Below, piece after piece: positions 27,935 to 36,403 of a DNA stretch of 64,000 nt. Every line of letters begins with the position of its first letter. Position 1 is the first letter of the stretch. The notes under the pieces are model-generated. The model saw only the letters and a program-made list of their open reading frames with translations. It did no database searches and was not told the origin of the DNA. The stretch is from an uncultured Coriobacteriia bacterium (GTDB lineage Bacteria > Actinomycetota > Coriobacteriia > Coriobacteriales > QAMH01), in the NCBI GenBank assembly GCA_948466335.1, contig CAOKAE010000004.1:1342-65341 (forward strand). The letters run 5' to 3'. The position numbers and the translations under genes are program-made.

Positions 27935-30358
27935 CTAAGCCTCCTTCACGATGGTAGTTTGCGGATTGGGAGTTATCTCACCCTCGAACTTGCGAATATC
28001 GCACCACGAATCCCAATAGCAGTCGGTCGAGCCCGTGAGCGAACTCATCGCCTCGACATAGGGATTGGGATGATGCCCCGCGGCGAGCCAATCGGCGAAC
28101 CACTTGTCCTCGAGCGGGCCCTGCGAATCCTTGCCGGCGCACTGGTGCGTGATCTCGGAGTAGGTGCCCTCCTCGAACTGACGGCGGCGCCAGCCAAACC
28201 ACACGTGTACGGTGCCATCGGGCACGCTCTCGTCGAGCACGAGGCGCGTGACGACGTGGCCGCGCTCGTTGAAGACCTCGACCATGTCACCCTCGGCCAG
28301 GCCAAGGCGGTTGGCATGGGCGGGATTGAGCCTGGTGGCGGGCGTCTCGCCCGACAGCTTCACGGTGATGGGGTCATCGGTGAAGCTCGACTGCATGAAG
28401 AAGCGCTGGCGGCCGGTGAAGAGCTGGTACGGATACTCGGTCGACTTGCCGATCTTGTTCGGCTCGAGCACCTTGGTCGTGGCCATGCCGAGGTCGGCAA
28501 GCTTCTCGGAGTAGATGATCTCCATGCGGCCGGTCTCGTTGTCGAGCACTTCCTCGGGATTGAGGTACGGCGTGTACTTGGGTTCGGGCGGAGCGGCGGC
28601 GCGAATCATCTTCTCGGCCTTGAGGCGTTCGTAGGTGACGGGCGGCTGGATGCCGGCGATGAGCGGATACTGCGTCTGCAGGCGAATATCGATGTATTCG
28701 GGGATGCCCATCGTGAAGTAGTCGCCAAGGCCGACACGCTTGGCCAGCTCGCTGAAGACCCAGACGGGCTCGTGGCCGTCGACCTGCGGTTCGATGGCCG
28801 GCTCCTGCAGGATGACGTGGTTGTAGCAGGCGCCCGTGATGAGGTCCTCGCGCTCGAAGGACATGAGGTCGGGCAGCACGTAGTCGGCGATTTCGCCGGT
28901 GTCGGTGAGCCACACGTCGTAATCGACGACAAGCTCCATGCCATCGACGACATCGAGCCAACGCTGGCGGTCGGGCTGTTGGTGCACCGGGTTGCCCGAG
29001 CAGACGAAGAGCGCCTTGTAGGGGCTATCGGGAGCCTCGGCCCGGGCGAACCACTCGGCCATGCGCACCGGTACGGACTTCACACCGGGCACGCCATCGG
29101 GGCAGCTGATGGGGATGTCGTTGAAGACGAGCGGCCAGCTCTGCAGCTGCAGCGCCTCGAACACGCCGCTGCCCGGCTTGCCCAGACGGCCCGTGAGGGC
29201 ACCGAGCAGGAGGAACTGGCGGTAGGTCTCGTTGGAGTTGCGGTAGCGCAGGCCATAGCCGCTCAGGATGAAAGCGTTTTCGGCCTCGACCCAGTCGCGG
29301 GCAAGGCGCTCGGCGTCCTCGGCGCTGATGCCGCACTTCTCGGCAGCCAGCTCGAAGGTGTACTCGGCCGCCGCGTCCTTGAGCTTCTGCAGCGCCGTGG
29401 TATAGCTCTTGCCGTCAATCTCGTAGCTGCCGAAGAGCTGGACGTCGGCGCCCTCGGGATACGCGCCGCGCTTGGGCGCGACGCCAACGGCGGAATTGCT
29501 CGCGGCATCCCAGACGAGGTAGCTTCCATCGTCCGGGTCGCGTGCGAGCTGGCCGGTCTCGTCATCGACGAGGTAGGCGGCGACGGAGCGCGCGAGCAGA
29601 TACTCGCTCGCCTGCAGGTCGTTTTGCAGGATGTAGTTGACCATGGCCATGGCCAGGTAGCCGTCGGAAGCGGGCTTCATCGCGACGAACTCGTCGGCAA
29701 AGCCGGCGGTGCCGTCGAAGATGAGGCCGAGGTCGACGATGCGGGCGCCGGCCTCGCGGGCGCGCACGAGGTTCTGGGCGCAGCGCATCTGGTTCTCGAT
29801 GGGATTGCAGCCCCACACGTAGATGAGGTCGGTACCGACCATGATGCGCGGGTCGATGACCGTACGTGGAAACTCGCTGCCGGCGTTGTAGAACTCGGCG
29901 TAGAACGGACCGTTGTCCAGGCCAATGGAGCCGAGCGGGACGGTGACGCCGAAGGTGTTCGCGAAGCGGAACGGCATCAGGTTCTCGAAACTGTACTGGG
30001 CGGGAACGCCGGCGCCGAGGTTCCAGAGGACGACCTTGTCCGGGCCGTACTCGTCGCGGATCTTGCAGAGCTTCTCGCCGATCTCGTCGAGGGCCTGATC
30101 CCAGCTGATCTCTTCCCACTTGCCCTCGCCTCGCTCGCCGACGCGCTTGAGCGGCTTCTTGAGGCGCTTGGGGTCATAGGGCTGGCGGCCTGCGAGGCAG
30201 CCCTTCTGGCAGATGTGCCCATCGGGCTCTTCCGGGGCCGAGTAGACGATACGCTCCATGCGCTCGATCTTGCCATCCTTCACGATGGTCTTGAGCGCAC
30301 AGTAGTCGTGATCGCCCCAGCCAGGGCAGGCAGTGTAGACGAACGATTCTTCCGACAT
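27935..30358 (-). CDS. bis-MGD (DMSO reductase family) molybdoenzyme catalytic subunit, no Tat signal
   Basis: RLKKPLKRVGERGEGKWEEISWDQALD, WGCNP, GNPVHQQP, DYVLP, RLNPAHA..GLAEGDMVEVFNERG. Confidence 0.92.
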   Translation of the reverse strand: MSEESFVYTACPGWGDHDYCALKTIVKDGKIERMERIVYSAPEEPDGHICQKGCLAGRQPYDPKRLKKPLKRVGERGEGKWEEISWDQALDEIGEKLCKIRDEYGPDKVVLWNLGAGVPAQYSFENLMPFRFANTFGVTVPLGSIGLDNGPFYAEFYNAGSEFPRTVIDPRIMVGTDLIYVWGCNPIENQMRCAQNLVRAREAGARIVDLGLIFDGTAGFADEFVAMKPASDGYLAMAMVNYILQNDLQASEYLLARSVAAYLVDDETGQLARDPDDGSYLVWDAASNSAVGVAPKRGAYPEGADVQLFGSYEIDGKSYTTALQKLKDAAAEYTFELAAEKCGISAEDAERLARDWVEAENAFILSGYGLRYRNSNETYRQFLLLGALTGRLGKPGSGVFEALQLQSWPLVFNDIPISCPDGVPGVKSVPVRMAEWFARAEAPDSPYKALFVCSGNPVHQQPDRQRWLDVVDGMELVVDYDVWLTDTGEIADYVLPDLMSFEREDLITGACYNHVILQEPAIEPQVDGHEPVWVFSELAKRVGLGDYFTMGIPEYIDIRLQTQYPLIAGIQPPVTYERLKAEKMIRAAAPPEPKYTPYLNPEEVLDNETGRMEIIYSEKLADLGMATTKVLEPNKIGKSTEYPYQLFTGRQRFFMQSSFTDDPITVKLSGETPATRLNPAHANRLGLAEGDMVEVFNERGHVVTRLVLDESVPDGTVHVWFGWRRRQFEEGTYSEITHQCAGKDSQGPLEDKWFADWLAAGHHPNPYVEAMSSLTGSTDCYWDSWCDIRKFEGEITPNPQTTIVKEA

Positions 30359-30462
30359 ACCTAACTCCTCTCGCTTGCTCCCGTATGTATCGACACGGTG
30401 GTCATTGGTCAGTTTATATACAAGCGTTCGATGTATCTACTAACTAGATTTGAGGTACCATT

Positions 30463-30480
30463 ACAACTGCAAGTTGTGCA
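30463..30480. promoter_or_regulatory. Candidate LysR binding site
   Basis: ACAACT-GCA-AGTTGT dyad overlapping a T-N11-A box (TGCA-AGTTG-TGCA), in the divergent intergenic region. Confidence 0.5.
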
Positions 30481-30496
30481 TAAGACGAGGCGGCCC

Positions 30497-31441
30497 GTGA
30501 ATATCAAGACCCTGCAATACCTCATCGAACTCGAGCACACCGGCTCGCTCTATGCCGCAGCGCGCCAGGCACGCATCTCGCAACAGGGCATGAGCAAGGC
30601 CATCGCCTCGCTCGAAAACGAGCTGGGTTGTTCGCTCGTCAAGCGCAGCCTCCACGGGACCTCGCTCACCGACGCCGGCAGAACCGTGCTCGAGTCCGCG
30701 CGAAACATCGTGGCCGAGCACAATCGCATGACCGAGCGCCTGCTCGAGCTGGAGAGTCCCGATGACATCTCGCGCTATCGCATCAACGTGTTCGTGAGCC
30801 ATTACGCGGCGCAGATCGCCGCCATCGACCCCCAGTACATACGCCTGCTCTCCATGAACACCTTCTACGTGGAGGAGCCCTTCGGCAAGCTGCTCATGCG
30901 CGCCGAATCGTCCGACGGCACCGACCTCGTCTTCACCGACATATTCGGGCAATCGGTCGGGCAAGTCGCCGATAATCCCAAGGTCAGCTTCGAGCCTATC
31001 ATCCAGACCCGCTACGGGTTCATCTGGAAAGAGGGCGCGCACCTTCATGGCAAGGCGGCCCTGCATCGCGGCGAGGTCTGCGACCTTCCCGTCGCCATCG
31101 ACACGAACCCCGAGGCGGGACGTCTCATCGACTCGCTCTTCTCGAAGCATCCGCTGCGAAACGTGCGCATGGGCACCTCGAGCCAGCGCATGCTCGTCGA
31201 ATACGTGCAGATGGCCGATCCCGACGTGTTGGCCTTCTCGGACTCGTTCAGCTACTACAGCATGAAGAAGAACGGGTTGCCCGAGGTGCAGGACCTGCAC
31301 TTCACGCCGCTCGCCACGCTCAAGGCAGTGGCGCAGGTGGGCTTCATCCTGCCAGCAAAGGTGCCGCTCTCCCCGCAGGCGCTCCATACGATTCGCGTAC
31401 TCCGGCGCTACATCGCCGAGAAATGCCCGGATTACTCGTAG
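30497..31441 (+). CDS. LysR family transcriptional regulator
   Basis: GSLYAAAR..ISQQGMSKAIASLENELG..LTDAG HTH; GTG start. Confidence 0.92.
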   Translation: MNIKTLQYLIELEHTGSLYAAARQARISQQGMSKAIASLENELGCSLVKRSLHGTSLTDAGRTVLESARNIVAEHNRMTERLLELESPDDISRYRINVFVSHYAAQIAAIDPQYIRLLSMNTFYVEEPFGKLLMRAESSDGTDLVFTDIFGQSVGQVADNPKVSFEPIIQTRYGFIWKEGAHLHGKAALHRGEVCDLPVAIDTNPEAGRLIDSLFSKHPLRNVRMGTSSQRMLVEYVQMADPDVLAFSDSFSYYSMKKNGLPEVQDLHFTPLATLKAVAQVGFILPAKVPLSPQALHTIRVLRRYIAEKCPDYS

Positions 31442-31454
31442 AAGCACGCCCCGT

Positions 31455-31542
31455 TGTCATTTCGACCGGAGGCGCGCAGCGTCGAAGTGGAGAAATCTCG
31501 ATCTTCTCCTCTAGCCAAGACCAGGATTTCTCGACTTCGCTC
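31455..31542. repeat. TGTCATTTCGA element, longer copy
   Basis: TGTCATTTCGACCGGAGGCGCG..GGAGAAATCT..GATTTCTCGACTTCGCTC, just after the lysR stop. Confidence 0.75.
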
Positions 31543-31618
31543 ATATCGTTCGTATTCATCTCTGGTGAATATATTGCTAGAATGAGAGTATCCATTCCGA
31601 CAACAACGGGAGGTTGCC

Positions 31619-31969
31619 ATGAACTACGAAATCGTTGACGCGCAATACGTGCTCGATCACCTGGGCAAGATGCCCATCGTGGACGTACGTCCCCGCGACA
31701 TGTACCTGGAAAGCCGCATCCCCGGCGCCGTGTCCGCCTCGCTCATGGAGGCCAAGGACGCCCCGGAGGACACCACCGAGTTCTTCGTGCGCGAGGTGCT
31801 CGACGCGGGCATCGACACAACCAAGCCGTTCATCGTCTATTGCTACGATGGCGGCCTGGCCCGCGAGGCGTGCGACTTGCTCGAAAACGCCGGCAACAGC
31901 TGCCAGAAGTGCTACGAGGGCAGTTGGGTCGACTGGATTTCCGATCCCTCGCGTCCCGTCGAGAAGTAG
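31619..31969 (+). CDS. Single-domain rhodanese-like sulfurtransferase
   Basis: IVDVRP, RIPGA, VYCYDG, YEGSWVDW. Confidence 0.9.
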   Translation: MNYEIVDAQYVLDHLGKMPIVDVRPRDMYLESRIPGAVSASLMEAKDAPEDTTEFFVREVLDAGIDTTKPFIVYCYDGGLAREACDLLENAGNSCQKCYEGSWVDWISDPSRPVEK

Positions 31970-31990
31970 GCCAGCGACATAGGCGCGGCA

Positions 31991-32020
31991 CGGGGGGGCG
32001 TCCTACGGGGCGCCCCCTCG
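31991..32020 (+). terminator. GC-rich hairpin between convergent genes
   Basis: GGGGGCGTCC-TAC-GGGGCGCCCCC followed by TCGTTAAAA. Confidence 0.55.
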
Positions 32021-32025
32021 TTAAA

Positions 32026-32056
32026 ATGAGACAAATACCCTGTGTATTTGTCTCAT
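32026..32056. repeat. ATGAGACA palindrome copy R9 (31 bp)
   Basis: ATGAGACAAAT-ACCCTGTGT-ATTTGTCTCAT. Confidence 0.95.
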
Positions 32057-32059
32057 TTT

Positions 32060-34009
32060 CTATACGTCTAACGCGGCGTGGTAGGCCTCGTAGATCGCGA
32101 GCGTGATGTTGGCGGGCCGCTGGGCATCGCCGACGATGCGCACGAAGGGAGCGCCGTCGCGCAGCTCGTCCACCACCGCACGGCGCGAGCGTTGGCCGAT
32201 GGCCGAGATGGTCGAATCGCAGGGAATGAGCCTCTCCGCGCCATCTGCCATGGTGACGGTCACGCCATCGGCATCGATGCGCTGAGCCGCCGCGCCCGTG
32301 AGCACGTCAATGTCCTCGCCCTCGAGCTCGGCGAGCAGGATGGGACGATGGCGGATGTTGGCGTCGGGGGCAAGCTCGGCGCGCATTTCGACGAGATGCA
32401 CCTTGTGGCCCGTGCGGGCAAGCTGCAGGGCGCATTCGCAGCCGGTCAGGCCACCGCCGATGACGACAACCTCGGGGCCCGGTTCCGCACCGTCCAGATA
32501 GAGCTCGTCAATGGAGAGCACGCGGGCGTTATCTGCCACCGGGAACGGCAGCGGAATGGGCTCGGAGCCCACGGCCACGATGAGCGCATCGGGCTCGAGT
32601 TCCTCGCACAGCCTCGCATCCACGCGCGTGTTGAGCCTAACATCGACGCCGACCTCGCGGCACAGATGCTCGTAGGTGCGCCCGAGCTCGTACATGTCGC
32701 GCTTGAAGGGCAGGGCCTCCTCGGTGTTGAGGATGCCGCCCAGGCGATCGCTCGCCTCGCAGAGGATGACGCCGTGGCCGCGCAGGGCCGCCGTATGGGC
32801 GGCCTTCATGCCAGCAATGCCGCCACCGGCGACGAGCACGTTCTTGAGCCGGGCGGCGCGCGGCACGGTAAGCCCCTCGAACTCGCGCCCGATGAGCGGA
32901 TTCACGGCGCAACGGCGCGTCTGGGTGACGGGGCGCTCGGCCATGCACACGAAGCAGCGCAGGCACTTCACTACCTCGTCGCCGCGGTTGGCCATGACCT
33001 TGTTGGGCAGCTCGGGGTCTGCCAGCAGGGCGCGGGCCATGGCGATGCCATCGGCCTGGCCGCTCGCAATGATCTCCTCCATTTGGGCTGGGTCGGACAG
33101 ACCGCCGATGGCGATGACCGGTACGCTCACATGCTGCTTGATCTGGGCGGCCAGATGCACGTTGCAGCCATGATCGCGGAACATCGACGGATGGGTGATG
33201 GAGAAGCCGAACTGGTAGGAACCGGCCGACACGTGAATGAGGTCGACGAGGTCTTCAAGGCCAGCGGCGATGCGACAGCCCTCCTCGATATCATAGCCGC
33301 CGTCGAAAAGCTCCGAGCCGCTCATGCGCAGCTCGATGGGAAAGCCGGGGCCCGTGGCCTCGCGGATTGCGGTGAGAATGCGACGGGCGAAGCGCATGCG
33401 GTTCTCGAGCGAGCCGCCGTACTCGTCGGTGCGCTTGTTGAAGTAGGGCGAGAGAAACTGGTTGATGAGCCAGCCGTGGCCCGCGTGCACCATGCACATC
33501 TGGAAGCCCGCACGGCGCGCCAGCACGGCCGCGTTGGCATAGGCGGCGACGATGTCATCGATCTGCTCGGCCGAAAGCGCACGCACCTTCATGCCGTCGG
33601 GACGCACACCATCGCTCGGGCCCCACTGGCACAGCTCGCCCTTGGCCTTCTTGTCCACCATGTAGGTGCCCGCGTACTGGCCGGAATGCGAAAGCTCGAT
33701 GGAGGCCACCGCGCCGTGACGCTTGATGGCATCGGCCACGTAGGCGAAGGCGCCGAGCTGGCCGGGCGTGGCAAGAGAGAGGTGCAGCATCTGCGAGCCG
33801 TCTGTATCGGGATGCACGACGAGCTCGCTCACGGTAACGCTCGCCGCGCCGCCTTTCGCGCGCGCCTCGTAGAAACCGAGGGTGCGCAGACCCGGCGTGC
33901 CCTGGGCGTCGATGTCGGTCGCTCCCATGGGGGCCGACGTCATGCGGTTGCGAAACGTCAGGTTGCCGACTTGGAGAGGTTTGCAGAGATGAGGGTAGTC
34001 ACGCTTCAT
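32060..34009 (-). CDS. NADH:flavin oxidoreductase (OYE barrel + 4Fe-4S + FAD domain; FadH/BaiCD-like)
   Basis: HAGHGWLINQFLSP, NKRTDEYGGSLENR, CLRCFVC..CAVNP, GGGIAG. Confidence 0.93.
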   Translation of the reverse strand: MKRDYPHLCKPLQVGNLTFRNRMTSAPMGATDIDAQGTPGLRTLGFYEARAKGGAASVTVSELVVHPDTDGSQMLHLSLATPGQLGAFAYVADAIKRHGAVASIELSHSGQYAGTYMVDKKAKGELCQWGPSDGVRPDGMKVRALSAEQIDDIVAAYANAAVLARRAGFQMCMVHAGHGWLINQFLSPYFNKRTDEYGGSLENRMRFARRILTAIREATGPGFPIELRMSGSELFDGGYDIEEGCRIAAGLEDLVDLIHVSAGSYQFGFSITHPSMFRDHGCNVHLAAQIKQHVSVPVIAIGGLSDPAQMEEIIASGQADGIAMARALLADPELPNKVMANRGDEVVKCLRCFVCMAERPVTQTRRCAVNPLIGREFEGLTVPRAARLKNVLVAGGGIAGMKAAHTAALRGHGVILCEASDRLGGILNTEEALPFKRDMYELGRTYEHLCREVGVDVRLNTRVDARLCEELEPDALIVAVGSEPIPLPFPVADNARVLSIDELYLDGAEPGPEVVVIGGGLTGCECALQLARTGHKVHLVEMRAELAPDANIRHRPILLAELEGEDIDVLTGAAAQRIDADGVTVTMADGAERLIPCDSTISAIGQRSRRAVVDELRDGAPFVRIVGDAQRPANITLAIYEAYHAALDV

Positions 34010-34072
34010 GGCATGTCCCTTCCGAAGCATCGAGATTCAGATAGGGACATTATCCTCCATCTTGGCGACGAA

Positions 34073-34160
34073 ATGAGACAGTTTGGTCAGACACGTTTGT
34101 CTCATTACGAGCGGGTGCCGGTAGATAATGAGACAAACGTGTCTGACCAATTTGTCTCAT
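34073..34160. repeat. ATGAGACA palindrome doublet R10+R11 with 22-bp linker
   Basis: Copies at 34073-34105 and 34128-34160. Confidence 0.95.
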
Positions 34161-34858
34161 TACAATTCGCGGTGCTCGTAGAGGTGGGCGGCGATGAGGG
34201 CGCTCAGCGCGTAGAGCCCGAGCACCACCACGACGATAACGGCAGCCAGGAGAACCATACCCCACATCTCCAGCCCTCCCAGAAACGCCTCGGCATGGAC
34301 GGCAATCGGGGTGTTACTGAGGAGCACCATCCCGCCCGAAATTACGAATATCAGCAGCATGGGTGCAATGCGCGTGGCCTTCGTCATGCCGTAACGCATG
34401 ATGAAAGGCAGTGTCAGCGTGGCGACGAGCAGAATGACTACCTGCGTGAGCAGTGCCGTGCCGACAACCTCCCCAACCCCGATATTCGATAGACGTAGAC
34501 CGTCGGGGACAATGCTCTCGGGCAGCAGCTCGGCCACCAGCCCAATGGCAAGTCCCAATGCCACCGCCAGCACGAGGGAGCAGGCGCAGATTATAAGCAT
34601 GCTGGCGTAGCGCCCGTACACCACCTGGCGGCGGCTGATGGGCAGCGTGAGACGGTAGCGCTCCCATCCGTTCAACTCATCGTAGGCGCAGATGGTAAAC
34701 AGATATATGAACGGAATCATAGCCGCGCACGCACCGATGGCGCCATAGAGCGTGCCCGTGGGTATGGAGATGAAGACGGCAACGAGAGCCGTGATCCCCA
34801 GAAGCGCAAGCGCCGAGCCCTTGGAGGTAATGAGGTCGGAGAAAACCATCGCTTTCAT
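34160..34858 (-). CDS. ABC-2 type transporter permease
   Basis: Six TM segments and YDELNGWERYRLTLPISRRQVVYGRY; directly after the ABC ATPase. Confidence 0.88.
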   Translation of the reverse strand: MKAMVFSDLITSKGSALALLGITALVAVFISIPTGTLYGAIGACAAMIPFIYLFTICAYDELNGWERYRLTLPISRRQVVYGRYASMLIICACSLVLAVALGLAIGLVAELLPESIVPDGLRLSNIGVGEVVGTALLTQVVILLVATLTLPFIMRYGMTKATRIAPMLLIFVISGGMVLLSNTPIAVHAEAFLGGLEMWGMVLLAAVIVVVVLGLYALSALIAAHLYEHREL

Positions 34859-35775
34859 CGTTGATCCTCCTTCAGCATATTTTGCAAGTGTGAGGGCTGA
34901 CCGAGGGATTCGCCTTTGAGCGTGAGGGCCATGTAGTCCTCGATGGATGCCCGGTCGGTGGAAATGCCGGGGTAGCTGCAAGCAAACGCGAAGCGGTCGG
35001 GCACGAGAACATCCGTGCTCATGCCGCGTTGCAACATACGGAGCTCGTTGGCGATGCCGCTTGCAGCCAGTATCTCCACATCGACTGCGCGGCAATGGGC
35101 GATGCCCGCCTCGTCGCAGATGGCGTCCTTCGGCACGTCAAACACGATACGGCCATCATCAATGCAAATCACCTCATCGGCGATCTTCTCGAGGTCGCTC
35201 GTGATGTGGGTGGAGAGCAATATGGCGTGACCCTCGTCTTCCATGAAGCAACGCAGGATGTCGAGCACTTCGTCACGGGCCATGGGATCGAGACCCGCCG
35301 TCGCCTCGTCGAGAATCAGCAGGTCCGGGTTGTGCGAAAGCGCGAATGCGAGGGTGAGCTTCATGCCCATGCCGCGCGAGAGGTCCTTCACGAACTTGCG
35401 CGGCTCCAGGCCGAACTCGTCGCACAGCGCCTTGAAGCGCTTGTCCTCCCAGGCTGCATAGGCGGCGCGACCGAGTATGCCCACATCGGCAACACGGTTC
35501 GCGTCGGGAAAGGCGCAGGTGTCCAGCACGACGCCAACCCGGGCCTTCACCTTGTCGATGTCCTTGGCATTTTCGGGATTGCAGCCAAGCAGCTTGACGG
35601 TTCCGCCATCGGGCCTCACGAGGCCGAGTATGGCCTTCAAGGTCGTGGTCTTTCCGGCTCCGTTGCTGCCGACAAGCCCGACCACGGTCCCCGCGGGAAC
35701 CGAAAACGTTACATCCTCAAGGGCAAAATCGTCGTAGCGCTTGGCGAGCCCTTGGACGCGAATCATGTCTTCCAT
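34855..35775 (-). CDS. ABC transporter ATP-binding protein (YtrB-like)
   Basis: GSNGAGKTT, LSRGMGMK, LDEATAGLDP, STHITSDLE. Confidence 0.93.
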   Translation of the reverse strand: MEDMIRVQGLAKRYDDFALEDVTFSVPAGTVVGLVGSNGAGKTTTLKAILGLVRPDGGTVKLLGCNPENAKDIDKVKARVGVVLDTCAFPDANRVADVGILGRAAYAAWEDKRFKALCDEFGLEPRKFVKDLSRGMGMKLTLAFALSHNPDLLILDEATAGLDPMARDEVLDILRCFMEDEGHAILLSTHITSDLEKIADEVICIDDGRIVFDVPKDAICDEAGIAHCRAVDVEILAASGIANELRMLQRGMSTDVLVPDRFAFACSYPGISTDRASIEDYMALTLKGESLGQPSHLQNMLKEDQR

Positions 35776-35789
35776 GATGCTCCTTATGG

Positions 35790-36167
35790 TTAGCGCTCGT
35801 CTTCCATCACCAGGTCGAGCATTTCGTGCAGCTCCTGCGCGCTCACGCCGCTCGTCTTCGCAAGGTCGGCGGCCTGAGCGAGCAACTTCTCGACGTTCTT
35901 GAGCTGTTCCTCGCGCAAAAGCTCGAGGTTGCCGCCCGTGACGAACGTGCCCTTGCCCTGAACCGTGCTCACGAAGCCGGCGGCTTCCAGCTCGGCGTAG
36001 GCGCGCTTCGTCGTGATGACGCTAATGCGCAGCGTGTTTGCCAGGGCGCGAATGCTCGGGAGCAGTTCGCCCTCGGCAAGCTCGCCCGACAGGATCGCAT
36101 CCTTGATCTGCTGCGCGATCTGCTCGTAGATGGGAGACGCGCTTGAATTCGAAACGATTATTTCCAT
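35790..36167 (-). CDS. GntR family (YtrA subfamily) regulator
   Basis: PIYEQI, LPSIRALA..ISVITTKRAYAELE, GKGTFV. Confidence 0.95.
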   Translation of the reverse strand: MEIIVSNSSASPIYEQIAQQIKDAILSGELAEGELLPSIRALANTLRISVITTKRAYAELEAAGFVSTVQGKGTFVTGGNLELLREEQLKNVEKLLAQAADLAKTSGVSAQELHEMLDLVMEDER

Positions 36168-36236
36168 GTGCCTCTTCTCGCGAGGACGCCGTCACGTCCT
36201 CGCCTCCTGTCGCCACGGGCGTCCCCGCATGCGACA

Positions 36237-36290
36237 ATAGTGTATATACGCTACATATACACTATATACACACCTATACACAGCTGTCAA
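36237..36290 (-). promoter_or_regulatory. Promoter and YtrA-type operator of the GntR-ABC operon
   Basis: Perfect inverted repeat ATAGTGTATAT-N7-ATATACACTAT (36237-36265) overlapping a -10 TATAGT; -35 TTGACA (36285-36290) at 18-bp spacing. Confidence 0.8.
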
Positions 36291-36334
36291 CAGCTTCCGA
36301 GAAAATGCTCCATCGACCCTTGAGGCCCCTCATG

Positions 36335-36360
36335 CAAAGAGAGCCCCCGAGGGGCTCTCT
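36335..36360 (-). terminator. Intrinsic terminator
   Basis: AGAGAGCCCC-CGA-GGGGCTCTCT stem downstream of the surface protein gene. Confidence 0.7.
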
Positions 36361-36403
36361 CCTTCGCGACTATCGTCTGCCTGAAACAGACGGTTCAGCT
36401 TCG

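Noticed and set aside
27935-30358. Selenocysteine or Tat export in the molybdoenzyme
   Set aside because: There is no in-frame TGA and no twin-arginine motif.
1379-34492. Long opposite-strand or alternate-frame ORFs (for example 1379-3181, 3298-5643, 9793-11892, 11893-14559, 18006-20408, 27590-30364, 32078-34492)
   Set aside because: They are shadows of clearly assigned high-GC3 genes and carry no recognisable motifs.
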